Assembly: GCA_965227515.1 (NCBI GenBank)
Contig: CBDDFZ010000001.1
Coordinates: 1,536,001-1,600,000, forward strand
Reading direction: 5' to 3'
DNA length: 64,000 nt
DNA from: Alphaproteobacteria bacterium
GTDB lineage: Bacteria > Pseudomonadota > Alphaproteobacteria > CALKHQ01
This document shows, one piece after another, positions 1-9,761 of the stretch. Under the pieces are notes generated by a model. It worked only from the letters and a program-made list of their open reading frames with translations. It was not told where the DNA came from and searched no databases. Position 1 is the stretch's first letter. Each line of letters starts with the position of its first letter. The translations under genes and the position numbers were made by a program.

Positions 1-1215
1 CTGCTGTCGCTGCGCTCGGACTGGTCGGTCGAGGGCGCCACGCTGCCGGCCGGCGGCCTGGTCTCGCTCGACCTGGCGCATACGGCGGCGGACGGCCAGG
101 CCCGCAACGCCCGGCTTGTCGCGCCGGCGCCGGCGCGGGGCGCGATCCAGGGTGCCGCGGTCGCCGGCGACCGCCTGCTGATCCAGATGATCGACAACGT
201 GAAGGGGCGGATCGAGAGCGCCACGCTCGAGCCCGATGGGTGGCGTACCGCGCCGATAGATCTGCCGGACCTGGGCAGCGTGAACATCGTCGACGCCGAC
301 CCGATGGACGGCACCGCGTTCGTGACCTTCCAGGACTTTCTGACGCCGACAACGCTCTATCTCGTGCGCGGCGAGGCACCGCCGGAACCGATCAAGCAGA
401 TGCCGGCGCACACCGACACCTCGCCCTATGCCGTCGACCAGCACTTCGCCACCTCGAAGGACGGGACCGAGGTGCCCTATTTCCTGCTGCGGTCGAAGGA
501 CATCCCCGGCGACGGGACCACGCCCACCTTGCTCTATGGCTATGGCGGGTTCGAGATCTCGCTGACGCCGAGCTATCTGGGTCCGGCGCAGAAGGCGTGG
601 CTGGAGCACGGCGGCGCCTATGCCATCGCCAACATCCGGGGCGGCGGCGAGTTCGGGCCGGCCTGGCATCGCGCGGCGATGAAGCAGCATCGGCAGCGCG
701 CGTTCGACGATTTCTATGCCGTCGCCGAGGATCTGGTGGCGCGCAAGGTCACGACGCCGGCGCGACTCGGCATCTATGGCGGCTCGAACGGCGGCCTGCT
801 GGTCGGCGTGGCGATGACCCAGCGGCCGGAGCTGTTCGGTGCCGTGGTGTGCGCGGTGCCGCTGGCCGACATGCTGCGCTATCACACGCTGTTGGCCGGC
901 GCATCGTGGATCGGCGAGTACGGCAACCCGGACGTGCCGGAGGAGCGCGCCTGGATCGCGCGCTACTCGCCCTATCAGAACGTGCGCTCAGGCGACGGGC
1001 CGCCGGTGTTTTTCTGGACCTCGACCCGGGACGACCGGGTGCACCCCGGCCACGCCCGCAAGATGGCCGCCAAGCTGATGGAGATGGGCGCCGACGTGCT
1101 CTACTACGAGAATGTCGAGGGCGGTCACAGTGCCGCGGCGGACCTGTTGCAGCTCGCCCGCCGCGATGCGCTGACCGTGGTCTACATGCTGCAGAAGCTG
1201 GCCGACGCGGGGTAG
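1..1215 (+). CDS. Prolyl oligopeptidase family S9 serine peptidase (5' partial)
   Basis: YGYGGF, NIRGGGEFG, catalytic GGSNGG, DDRV and GGH motifs; frame open from base 1. Confidence 0.93.
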   Translation: MLSLRSDWSVEGATLPAGGLVSLDLAHTAADGQARNARLVAPAPARGAIQGAAVAGDRLLIQMIDNVKGRIESATLEPDGWRTAPIDLPDLGSVNIVDADPMDGTAFVTFQDFLTPTTLYLVRGEAPPEPIKQMPAHTDTSPYAVDQHFATSKDGTEVPYFLLRSKDIPGDGTTPTLLYGYGGFEISLTPSYLGPAQKAWLEHGGAYAIANIRGGGEFGPAWHRAAMKQHRQRAFDDFYAVAEDLVARKVTTPARLGIYGGSNGGLLVGVAMTQRPELFGAVVCAVPLADMLRYHTLLAGASWIGEYGNPDVPEERAWIARYSPYQNVRSGDGPPVFFWTSTRDDRVHPGHARKMAAKLMEMGADVLYYENVEGGHSAAADLLQLARRDALTVVYMLQKLADAG

Positions 1216-1231
1216 CGGCCAACCCTCCCTC

Positions 1232-1405
1232 GTCGCCCTCGCCCTTGTGGCGAGGGCCCATTTGCGTAGCAGTCTGGACCGGTGCCGAAAGTAGCTGGCA
1301 GGATGTCCTACCGTAGTCCGCCTGCCCGCCGTCTTGGATGCCGGCTCACCTCAACAGATTGAGTTTTGGACAGGAATGGGTCCTCGCTACAAGGGCGAGG
1401 ACGAC
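1232..1405. repeat. REP-like inverted pair, family A (GTCGYCCTCGCCCTTGTGGCGAGG)
   Basis: ~30-bp palindromic arms at 1232-1262 and 1375-1405; same arms at 24100-24282. Confidence 0.8.
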
Positions 1406-1454
1406 AATGATTGATTTGATGGGACCGCGCCTACGCAGCGCAAGCTAAGACAGA

Positions 1455-1817
1455 TCAACCGCCCGCCAGCACCTCGCGGGCCTTGGCGCGCAGATCCTCG
1501 ACCGAGAACGGCTTGGCGATGATGGCGGCGACCAGTGCCTCCAGATTGTAGGCGCGGCGCAGTTCGTCCGGGTAGCCGCTGACCAGGATGATGCTGGTGG
1601 CCGGGTGGTCCTTGGCGACCTTCAGCGCCAGCGCCAGGCCGTCCAGCTCGGGCATCACGATGTCGCTGATCAACAGGTCGACCGGCTGCTCGGCCAGTCG
1701 CGCCAGGGCCTCCAAACCGTCGCCGGCCTGAAAGGTCTCATGGCCGTCGCCACTGAGCGCGCGCGCCATGAAGGTGCGCAGCGCTTCTTCGTCGTCGACT
1801 ACCAGGATTCGTGCCAT
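1455..1817 (-). CDS. Single-domain response regulator (CpdR-like)
   Basis: ARILVVDDE, DIVMPELDG, SGY, KPF receiver motifs. Confidence 0.85.
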   Translation of the reverse strand: MARILVVDDEEALRTFMARALSGDGHETFQAGDGLEALARLAEQPVDLLISDIVMPELDGLALALKVAKDHPATSIILVSGYPDELRRAYNLEALVAAIIAKPFSVEDLRAKAREVLAGG

Positions 1818-1846
1818 GGACGTGCCCGAGCTGTCAGGCGAGGCGC

Positions 1847-2623
1847 TCAGCCCCCGTGATCATCGTCGCCCTGATCGTCGCCGTCGCTGTCGTCGGTAGC
1901 GCTGTCGGGGTCGGAAAACAGGTCGGCCGGAATCTCGGAGCGGTCGACCTCGACCTGCCAGTTCAACGGCGCGTCGCTGTTGCGGGTGATCACGCTCTCG
2001 AACGCCGCGGTCTCGCCCGGGCCAAGCTGCGATACCGGCGGCGGGATCGACCACGACCTGAGCGGGTCGCCGTCCGCGTCGTTCAAGGTGTAGGTGAGGA
2101 ACGAGGTCTGGCGCGGCTTGTCGTCGTTGTTGACCAGCACGCCGCCCAGGGTGACGACGGCGCTGCCGTCGCGCACGCCGGGTTCCTCGAAGGTCTCCGC
2201 CACCTGGATCAGCGGCAGCGGGATGCCGATCCAGTTGTAGACGTGCTCGGCCTGCGGCCACTGGTCGACAATCCAGCCGCGCGCGAAATAGCCGCCGGCG
2301 GCAACGCCGACCACGACGATGAAGAGCAGAATCCACGCGAAGGCCGCCAACGGACCGCCACCGCGCCGCCGCGCTTGCGATGGTGCGGCCCTGGACGCAC
2401 GGCCGGCGTCCTGGCGCGTATCGGCACGCGGCGGCGGCGGTGCGACCACGGGGTCGGGCGCCGGCGGCGGATAGGGGTCCACCGCGGGCGGCGCGGCGGC
2501 GGCCGGCTGTTGCGCCAGCCAGACATGGCTGCATTTGGCGCAGCGCACTTTCCGCCCGGCTGGTCCCAGGTTCTGGGCCTGGACCGAGAAGCGTGTCTGG
2601 CAGTTGGGGCACGACAGGATCAT
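1847..2623 (-). CDS. MJ0042-type zinc-ribbon membrane protein (DUF3426-like C-terminus)
   Basis: CPNC...CAKC, Pro-rich linker, single TM helix; divergent from ftsE as is usual in alphaproteobacteria. Confidence 0.8.
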   Translation of the reverse strand: MILSCPNCQTRFSVQAQNLGPAGRKVRCAKCSHVWLAQQPAAAAPPAVDPYPPPAPDPVVAPPPPRADTRQDAGRASRAAPSQARRRGGGPLAAFAWILLFIVVVGVAAGGYFARGWIVDQWPQAEHVYNWIGIPLPLIQVAETFEEPGVRDGSAVVTLGGVLVNNDDKPRQTSFLTYTLNDADGDPLRSWSIPPPVSQLGPGETAAFESVITRNSDAPLNWQVEVDRSEIPADLFSDPDSATDDSDGDDQGDDDHGG

Positions 2624-2877
2624 GCGGGGCTCCGAAGGCGCACGGGACGGCATGGCGCGACTCGCCGGGGGACCCGACCCGCTGACAAGCCTGCAAAACT
2701 AAGCGCATCCCCCGCCCGTGACAAGCAACAGCCGTGGACCCTTGCGCGCGCCCATGCCATCTTCCGGGTGCGCAGAGTCGAGACTGACGTCGCGAGGGGC
2801 TTCGTGGCGGAGGTTGTGATGGACGCCGTGGCGGGCGCCGCCAACCGGCACATGCGAGGCTGACAGGCACACGGGCG

Positions 2878-3567
2878 ATGGTGCGATTCGAGAATGTCGG
2901 ACTGCGGTACGGCGCCGGCGCGGAAGTGCTGCGCGACGTTTCGTTCGACCTGGCGCCCGGCTCGTTCCACTTCCTCACCGGGCCCAGCGGTGCCGGCAAG
3001 ACCAGCCTGCTCAAGCTGATGTACCTGGCGCTCCGGCCCTCGCGCGGGCTGGTCCACCTGCTGGACCATGACATCGCGCGCACGCCGCGCGACCAGTTGC
3101 CCGCCATCCGCCGCAAGATCGGCGTGGTGTTCCAGGAATACCGGCTGATCGACCATATGAGCGCCTTCGACAACGTGGCGATGCCGCTCAGGATCGCCGG
3201 CAAGAAGGAAAAGCAGGTCCAGACCCACACCCGCGAGTTGCTGCAATGGGTGGGGCTGGGCGACTATATGCACGCCCGCCCGCCCACGCTGTCCGGCGGG
3301 CAGCAACAGCGCATCGCGATTGCGCGCGCGGTGATCGCAGCCCCCCGTCTGTTGCTGGCCGACGAGCCGACCGGCCATGTCGACGACGAGATGGGCCTGC
3401 GGCTGCTGCGCCTGTTCGAGGAACTCAACAAGCTCGGCACCACCATCGTCATCGCAACGCACAGCACCGCGCTGATCGAGCGGTTCCGCCATCCGATCCT
3501 GCAGTTGCGCGATGGCGAGCTGAGTGTTGACCATAGGGCGGGCCCGCGCGCCCAGGCCGCGGAATAG
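2878..3567 (+). CDS. ftsE: Cell division ATP-binding protein FtsE
   Basis: GPSGAGKT, IGVVFQEYRL, LSGGQQQR, LLADEPTG; followed by ftsX. Confidence 0.92.
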   Translation: MVRFENVGLRYGAGAEVLRDVSFDLAPGSFHFLTGPSGAGKTSLLKLMYLALRPSRGLVHLLDHDIARTPRDQLPAIRRKIGVVFQEYRLIDHMSAFDNVAMPLRIAGKKEKQVQTHTRELLQWVGLGDYMHARPPTLSGGQQQRIAIARAVIAAPRLLLADEPTGHVDDEMGLRLLRLFEELNKLGTTIVIATHSTALIERFRHPILQLRDGELSVDHRAGPRAQAAE

Positions 3568-3576
3568 GCGCGCGCG

Positions 3577-4443
3577 ATGGCTGCCCTCAACGTGCTGCCG
3601 AACAAGACCGATGCCACGCGGCGCTACCTGCCGTGGATCATCTGCCTGATGGCCTATCTGGCCGCGCTGACGGTCGCCGGCATCCTGATGGTGGGCAATC
3701 TGCTGGAGGGCTGGCGGGCCGGGGTCTCCGGCGCGGTGAGCGTCGTGCTGCCGGTCGGCGACGATGGCGGGCCGGCGGCGGCCGAACGCCTGGCGGCGGT
3801 GCTGCGCGCGCGGGCCGACGTCGACAGTGCCGAGGTGATGGACGGCGCGGCATTGTCGGGCCTGATCGACACCTGGATCGACGGCGACATCGCGGCGATG
3901 GATCTGCCGCTGCCGACGGTGGTCGACGTCACGCTCGCCGATCCGCTGGACGATGGCGCGGCCCTGGCCGAGGCGGTTGCCGCCGAAGCACCGGCCGCGC
4001 GCGTCGACGTGCACCGGGACTGGCTTGCGCCGCTGGTCGACCTTGCCGGCTCGGTGCGCCTGATCGGCATGATCGTGGTCGTGCTGATCGCGTTGGCGGC
4101 GGCGGCGACGGTCGTTTTCACCACACGGGCCGGGCTGTCGATGCACCATATGGTGGTCGAGGTGCTGCACCATATCGGCGCGCAGGACCAGTTCATCGCG
4201 CGCCAGTTCCAGCGCCAGGCCTTCATGCTCGGCCTGCGCGGCAGCGTGTTCGGATGCCTGCTGGCGGTGCTGACGCTGGCGCTGCTGGCGGCGACCACCC
4301 GCTCCAGCGCGGCGGGGCTGGAGGAGGCGGCGATGCTGCCGTGGCAGTGGGGCCTGCTCGCCGTGGTGGCGGCCGCCGGTGCCGTGATGCCGATGATCAC
4401 CGCGCGGCTGACGGTCCTGCGCACCTTGGCACAGATGCCATAA
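3577..4443 (+). CDS. ftsX: Cell division permease FtsX
   Basis: 4 TM helices, VEVLHHIGAQDQFIARQF motif, downstream of ftsE. Confidence 0.88.
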   Translation: MAALNVLPNKTDATRRYLPWIICLMAYLAALTVAGILMVGNLLEGWRAGVSGAVSVVLPVGDDGGPAAAERLAAVLRARADVDSAEVMDGAALSGLIDTWIDGDIAAMDLPLPTVVDVTLADPLDDGAALAEAVAAEAPAARVDVHRDWLAPLVDLAGSVRLIGMIVVVLIALAAAATVVFTTRAGLSMHHMVVEVLHHIGAQDQFIARQFQRQAFMLGLRGSVFGCLLAVLTLALLAATTRSSAAGLEEAAMLPWQWGLLAVVAAAGAVMPMITARLTVLRTLAQMP

Positions 4444-4494
4444 GTGGGGGCCCAGATGCCATGAGTGGGAGCGCAAATGCCATAAGCGGCGACC
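4432..4494. repeat. Three imperfect 21-bp tandem repeats at the ftsX/plsC junction
   Basis: cagatgccataagtgggggcc / cagatgccatgagtgggagcg / caaatgccataagcggcgacc. Confidence 0.75.
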
Positions 4495-5336
4495 CGGTCT
4501 TCTTCCGGCGGCGGACGGGCATCTGGCGGCTGGTGCAGGCGGCGCGCTGCGTCGCCTTCTACCTGGTCAGCGTGATCTGGACGGTGGTGCTGGGCGTCTT
4601 CTACATCGTGCTGTTCGCGATGCCGCGCCGCTACATGCAGAATTGCGGCGCCTTTCACAGCCTGGGGCTGCTGGTGATCCTGAAATGGTGCGCCGGGCTG
4701 AGCCTGGATGTGCGCGGGCTGGAGAACGTGCCGCGCGGCGCCTGCATCATCGCCGCCAAGCACCAGTCGGCGCTTGAGACGATCAGGATGGCGACGGTGC
4801 TGGACCGGCCCGCCTACGTGCTCAAGCGCTCGCTGTTCAAGATCCCGATTTTCGGCTGGTATCTGAAGGCGTGCGGCCAGATCGGCATCGACCGGTCGGC
4901 GGGCGCCAAGGCGCTGCGCCAGATCGTGGCCGATGCCCAGTGGGTCATAAAGGATGAACGGCCGATCATCATTTTTCCGGAGGGGACCAGGGTCCCGCCG
5001 GGCGAGCGTCGCCGGTTCCAGGTCGGCGTGGAGGCGCTGTACGAGCGGCTCGGCCTGCCGGTGGTCCCCGTGGCGCTCAACACCGGCCTGTTCTGGCCGC
5101 GCGAGTCGTTCATCAAATGGCCAGGCCGGCCGATCATGGAGTTCCTGCCGCCGATGCCGCCGGGGCTGGATCGGGCCACCTTTCGCGCGCGTCTCTACGA
5201 CGAGATCAACACCGCCAGCGAGCGGCTGCCGGGGGTCGCACGACTTATCCAGGCCGGTGGTGCCGAAGCTGTGGATAACTCGGTGGAGAAAACACGTGCG
5301 GCACCGCAGCACGGGGCCGACAGCGCATCCATGTGA
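4461..5336 (+). CDS. plsC: 1-acyl-sn-glycerol-3-phosphate acyltransferase
   Basis: KHQSALE, IDRS, IFPEGTR, VVPVALN motifs; start codon uncertain. Confidence 0.85.
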   Translation: MSGSANAISGDPVFFRRRTGIWRLVQAARCVAFYLVSVIWTVVLGVFYIVLFAMPRRYMQNCGAFHSLGLLVILKWCAGLSLDVRGLENVPRGACIIAAKHQSALETIRMATVLDRPAYVLKRSLFKIPIFGWYLKACGQIGIDRSAGAKALRQIVADAQWVIKDERPIIIFPEGTRVPPGERRRFQVGVEALYERLGLPVVPVALNTGLFWPRESFIKWPGRPIMEFLPPMPPGLDRATFRARLYDEINTASERLPGVARLIQAGGAEAVDNSVEKTRAAPQHGADSASM

Positions 5337-5570
5337 TCCGGGGCATGACTCCCGGCGGATGGGAACGGGTGCCGTGGGGCCTCCGCATACGATCGGATTA
5401 ATCTTTTAATTTCATACAATTAGAAGATAACAGTGAAAGTGGTTGTTGCGGACGAAGCGGCTAGATGACTGTTTATTGACCGTATTGTTAAAGTGTTAAC
5501 GCGCGGGTTTCCGCACAGTGCACAACTTTGCGCCACAGTGCCGCACTCAGGTGGCAAATCGTTAACGCGA
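5245..5570. promoter_or_regulatory. DnaA-box cluster plus AT-rich tract (oriC-like or DnaA-binding locus)
   Basis: perfect TGTGGATAA 5270-5278, near matches at 5245-5253 and 5282-5290, AT-rich 5391-5440, TTAAC half sites. Confidence 0.4.
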
Positions 5571-5607
5571 TGGACAGGTCTTGGCACGGTCGCGGCAGCC
5601 CATTCCG

Positions 5608-6168
5608 TCACTCTCTTGAGACGGTTTCGGCGTCCTCCACCATGCGCACCAGGGTGCCCAGCTTGCCGGTGCACGCACCGATCTCCTCGATGTGGCGGAC
5701 GGTGTTGACCAGGTAGTCGCGGCACGATCCGCGCTCGCCGTGGCCCTGGCGTATCAGCCGGGCGGTAACGGCAAGGTCCAGCCGGCCCGTGTACTGGCGG
5801 TGGCTGCGGTCGACCACGAAGGTGATGGCCCGCACCCGGCGACCGTCGTGGTCGTGCAGGCCCAGATTCACCATCGTCGGCTTGTAGACGTTGGTGATCA
5901 TCTCCCGCTCCCAGAGATATTCGCGGATCGGCGGGAACTTTTCCGGGTCGACGCGATAGGCTACACCCTGGCACATGCCGCCCCGGTCCAGCCCCAGCAC
6001 AAGGCCGGGCTGCTCCTCGGTGCCGCGGTACCGGTAGGAATAGACGCAAAACGCCCTATGATAGCCATATGCGGTGGCGCGAACGGCATCGGCATAGTCG
6101 AAGCCTGGATTCCACATCAGCGACCCGTAGGCGAATATCCATATTTCCGACTGTTTTTGGGTCATCAT
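5608..6168 (-). CDS. chaC: ChaC-family gamma-glutamylcyclotransferase
   Basis: WIFAYGSLMWNPGF, RGT..PGLVLGL, LWERE. Confidence 0.88.
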   Translation of the reverse strand: MMTQKQSEIWIFAYGSLMWNPGFDYADAVRATAYGYHRAFCVYSYRYRGTEEQPGLVLGLDRGGMCQGVAYRVDPEKFPPIREYLWEREMITNVYKPTMVNLGLHDHDGRRVRAITFVVDRSHRQYTGRLDLAVTARLIRQGHGERGSCRDYLVNTVRHIEEIGACTGKLGTLVRMVEDAETVSRE

Positions 6169-6323
6169 CTGCCATATAGGGCGGCGCTTGGCGCGCCGGA
6201 ACGGTGCAATACAGGTGCCAATGGCGCGGGCGCCGACAGCAGGTTGCCCAACGCCGCGTGGGAGAGCGTTCGATCGTTCGGTATGGACAGAGTGGGCAGC
6301 ATGGCCAGGGTGGATAGCGCGCG

Positions 6324-7430
6324 ATGAGCGTCGATGCCAGCCCCCAGGATGCGGGCGCCCGGGCAATGCGCCCGAGATCGCGGACGCGCCGGCGCTTGAA
6401 GCGTTGGACGTTGGGCCTGACCGTGGCGCTGTGCGTCCTCTATGTCGGTTACTGGTTCTACCTGGCGAGCGAGCTGCGGCGGTTCGTGGAGGGGTGGATC
6501 GAGGACCAGCGCGCCAACGGCGTCGTCGTTGAGCACGGCACCATCGACGTCGACGGCTTCCCGCTCACGGTCCGCGCCGACATTCCACACCCGTCGATCA
6601 CCGCGCCGCAGCCGGACCAGACCCTGAGTTGGCAGGCCGAGAGCCTGGCGATCTCGTTCCCGCCGTGGGACTTCTTCACCTACACGTTCGAGATGCCGGG
6701 CCGGCATGTGGTGACCGGTGGACCGCCGGAAGCCCCGACGACATTGTCGGTGGATGCCGAAAGCGCCAGCGGGGTGTGGTCGATGGGCAGCGGCGACGTC
6801 GCTGGCCAGTTGCGCCTGATGGTGTCGGGCGTCGCTGCCCGCGATGAATTTGGCCTGACCGCCGAGCTTGCCGACGGCGAGGGCGTGCTGACGTTCTTGG
6901 CGCCGGCGGAGCCGCAGCCGGACTCCGAACTCGCAACGGTCGACATTCGTCTCGCCGGGCTGCAACTGCCCGAAACGGTGGAGACGCCGTTCGGCCCCAC
7001 CATCGCCGCCGCCAATGCGGACGTGCGCTATGCCGGGCCGGTGCTGCCGGATAGCCTGGAACTGCTGTTCGTGATCCTGCGCGATTTCGGCGGGCAGGTG
7101 CGCATCGCCGATCTGGCGCTGGACTGGGGCGACCTGAAGCTGCAATCGAGCGGCGCGCTTTCCATCGACCAGACCAACCACCTCGCCGGGCCGGTCGACC
7201 TGCGCATCGAGGGCCACGATGTGCTGATCCAGAGCCTGCAGGACGCGGGCGTGATCAACGGCATGGAAGCGTTCGGCATGAACGCGGTCGCCGGCGGGCT
7301 GGTGCGCGAGGATGAGGCCGGTACCCCCGGCGTCGAGGCCGAAATCCTGATGCAGGACGGCGAATTGCGGGTTGGCGGCATGCCGGTGATGGAGATGCCG
7401 CCGCTGATCGAACCACCGCTGACGCAGTAG
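6324..7430 (+). CDS. DUF2125-like membrane-anchored protein
   Basis: N-terminal TM with YWF..A, GFPL motif, LDWGDL; adjacent to chaC. Confidence 0.65.
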   Translation: MSVDASPQDAGARAMRPRSRTRRRLKRWTLGLTVALCVLYVGYWFYLASELRRFVEGWIEDQRANGVVVEHGTIDVDGFPLTVRADIPHPSITAPQPDQTLSWQAESLAISFPPWDFFTYTFEMPGRHVVTGGPPEAPTTLSVDAESASGVWSMGSGDVAGQLRLMVSGVAARDEFGLTAELADGEGVLTFLAPAEPQPDSELATVDIRLAGLQLPETVETPFGPTIAAANADVRYAGPVLPDSLELLFVILRDFGGQVRIADLALDWGDLKLQSSGALSIDQTNHLAGPVDLRIEGHDVLIQSLQDAGVINGMEAFGMNAVAGGLVREDEAGTPGVEAEILMQDGELRVGGMPVMEMPPLIEPPLTQ

Positions 7431-7445
7431 CCGCCCTGGCGATGG

Positions 7446-8312
7446 CTAGGCCGCGGCCTGCGTCCGGCTCGCCAGCCATGTTTCGCAGCACGCCTTGGCC
7501 AGCGCGCGCACCCGGCCGATGTAGGACTGGCGCTCGGCGACCGAGATCACGCCGCGTGCGTCCAGCAGGTTGAAGGTGTGGCTCGCCTTGATGCACTGGT
7601 CGTAGGCCGGCAGGGCGAGTTTGGCCTCCACCAGCTTCTGGCAGTTGGTCTCCGCATCCTCGAAATGGCGGAACAGGATCGCGGTGTCGGCGTGGTCGAA
7701 GTTGAAGTGCGAGTATTCGACCTCGGCCTGCTTGAACACGTCGCCGTACTTGGCGCCGGCGCCGTTGAAGTCCAGGTCGTAGACGTTCTCCACCCCCTGC
7801 ACGTACATCGCCAGCCGCTCCAGCCCATAGGTCAGCTCGGTTGAGACCGGGTCGCATTCGATGCCGCCGACCTGCTGGAAATAGGTGTACTGCGACACCT
7901 CCATGCCGTCGCACCACACCTCCCAGCCCAGGCCCCAGGCCCCCAGCGTCGGGCTCTCCCAGTCGTCCTCAACGAAGCGGATGTCGTGGGCCAGCGGGTC
8001 GATGCCCAGCGCCGCCAAACTGTCCAGGTAGAGCTGCTGGCTCTCGGCGGGCGAGGGCTTCAGGATCACCTGGAACTGATAGTAGTGCTGCAGCCGGTTC
8101 GGGTTCTCGCCATAGCGGCCGTCGGTCGGCCGGCGCGAGGGCTGCACGTAGGCCGCCTTCCACGGCTCAGGCCCCAGCGCGCGCAGGGTGGTCGCCGGGT
8201 GGAAGGTGCCGGCGCCGACCTCCATGTCATAGGGCTGCAGGATGACGCACCCCTGGTCGGCCCAGAAGTGCTGCAGGCGCAGGATCAGGTCCTGAAACGA
8301 CGGCGCGGCCAT
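7446..8312 (-). CDS. glyQ: Glycine--tRNA ligase alpha subunit
   Basis: [47 protein letters not shown]. Confidence 0.97.
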   Translation of the reverse strand: MAAPSFQDLILRLQHFWADQGCVILQPYDMEVGAGTFHPATTLRALGPEPWKAAYVQPSRRPTDGRYGENPNRLQHYYQFQVILKPSPAESQQLYLDSLAALGIDPLAHDIRFVEDDWESPTLGAWGLGWEVWCDGMEVSQYTYFQQVGGIECDPVSTELTYGLERLAMYVQGVENVYDLDFNGAGAKYGDVFKQAEVEYSHFNFDHADTAILFRHFEDAETNCQKLVEAKLALPAYDQCIKASHTFNLLDARGVISVAERQSYIGRVRALAKACCETWLASRTQAAA

Positions 8313-8328
8313 GATCTCGTATCCGGTT

Positions 8329-8580
8329 TTAGAAGGGGCAGTCGTTGCGGGCGCACGAGCCGCCATTCGGGTCGACATAGACACCGCAGACCTTGCACTG
8401 GGTCAAGTCGGCAGAGCCCGGACGGGGCGCGGCCTGTTGTTTTTGCGGCGGCGGGGCGGCATCGCGGGCGCGCGCAACGGCGGAGGCCAAATCCTTGGCC
8501 TTCTTGTCGAAGCCCTTGTAGGCGGCGAACACGACCACCGCCACCACGATGATGATGAAGACGTTCCAGAACGACAGCAT
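8329..8580 (-). CDS. Small membrane protein with C-terminal Cys motif
   Basis: TM helix, then CKVC...C....C; lies between the S49 peptidase and glyQ. Confidence 0.6.
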   Translation of the reverse strand: MLSFWNVFIIIVVAVVVFAAYKGFDKKAKDLASAVARARDAAPPPQKQQAAPRPGSADLTQCKVCGVYVDPNGGSCARNDCPF

Positions 8581-8663
8581 GGCCCGAGTTTATAGCGGTT
8601 GCGCGGGGCCGCCAATGCGACCCTTGGGATTCCAGGCTCAATTTGTACAAAGTCAACTAAAGC

Positions 8664-8740
8664 CGTCATGCCCGCACTTGTTGCGGGCATCCACGTCTAT
8701 GGGGCCGCCGATGCCAAGTCGTGGATGCCCGGGCATGACG
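8664..8740. repeat. REP-like element, family B (CGTCATGCCCG...CATCCAC...GTGGATG...CATGACG)
   Basis: nested palindromes; related copy at 11073-11183. Confidence 0.75.
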
Positions 8741-8802
8741 AGGTGCAAGGAATGCAAGCCCACCGCCGCACTTTGTGGCCTTGGGTCCAGCGGTCGCGAA
8801 CC

Positions 8803-9648
8803 TTACAACCCGTAGCGGCTCCACATCGCACGGTCGTCCAGTTCGGCGGCGATGCGGTCCACCGCGTCGAGCGCGCCGCCCGAGATGCTGGCCGAGGCGC
8901 CGAACGGCCAGCGCCGGCGGCGGCGCGGCGGGTTGACCAGCCGCAGCCGCACCTTCTTGCCCAGCTTCTGGCGCATCACGCCGCGCAGGTCGCCGATGCC
9001 GTCGATCAACCCCATCTCCAGCGCCTTGTGGCCGGCCCAGAACGCGCCGCTGAACATCTCCGCCTCGCTGCCCTTCAAAGCGTCGCCGCGCCGGGACTTG
9101 ACGTGGTCGATGAAGGCGCGGTGGATCTCGCCCTGCACGTGGCGCAAATGGCCGATGTCGTCTTCGCGCTCGGGCACGAACGGGTCCAGGATCGCCTTGC
9201 GCTCGCCGGCCGTGTGGGTGCGGCGCTCGATGCCGAGCTTGGCGATCAGGTCGACGAAGCCGAAGCTGGAGTAGACCACACCGATCGAGCCCAGGATCGA
9301 GCTGGCGTCGGCATAAACCTCGTCGGCGGCGAGCGCCAGCCAGTAGCCGCCCGATGCCGCCACGTCCTCGCAGAAGGCATAGACCTTGAGGTCCTTCTCC
9401 TCGGCGCGGGCGCGGATCCGCGAAGCGATCAGCGACGACTGCACGGGCGAGCCGCCGGGTGAGTTGATGAGCAATGCCACTGCCGCGGCGCGCTTGGTCT
9501 TGAACGCGCGCTCGATGGGCCGGGCGAGGTCGGCCAGCGACAGCGCGGCACGGCGGGTCGACATGCCGCGCCCAATCACGCCCTCCAGGCGCAGAACGGG
9601 CACGACCGGCGGGGCAGGCTCGCCACGCAGGCGCGAGATTAAGGACAT
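8803..9648 (-). CDS. S49 family peptidase (SppA/SohB-like)
   Basis: INSPGGS, AASGGY, GSIGV motifs. Confidence 0.9.
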   Translation of the reverse strand: MSLISRLRGEPAPPVVPVLRLEGVIGRGMSTRRAALSLADLARPIERAFKTKRAAAVALLINSPGGSPVQSSLIASRIRARAEEKDLKVYAFCEDVAASGGYWLALAADEVYADASSILGSIGVVYSSFGFVDLIAKLGIERRTHTAGERKAILDPFVPEREDDIGHLRHVQGEIHRAFIDHVKSRRGDALKGSEAEMFSGAFWAGHKALEMGLIDGIGDLRGVMRQKLGKKVRLRLVNPPRRRRRWPFGASASISGGALDAVDRIAAELDDRAMWSRYGL

Positions 9649-9761
9649 GCCGGACCGGGATTTGTTGGGAAGAGATCGGATGTGCGTTGCATGAACCTCT
9701 GTTATGGGGTGCGGGTGGCCGATTTTCCAGTGCCAGCGCACCACATCCGGGCCAACACGCC

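Noticed and set aside
5581-5597. Possible sigma54 site ttggcacggtcgcggc
   Set aside because: Poor -12 element and no downstream gene on that strand.
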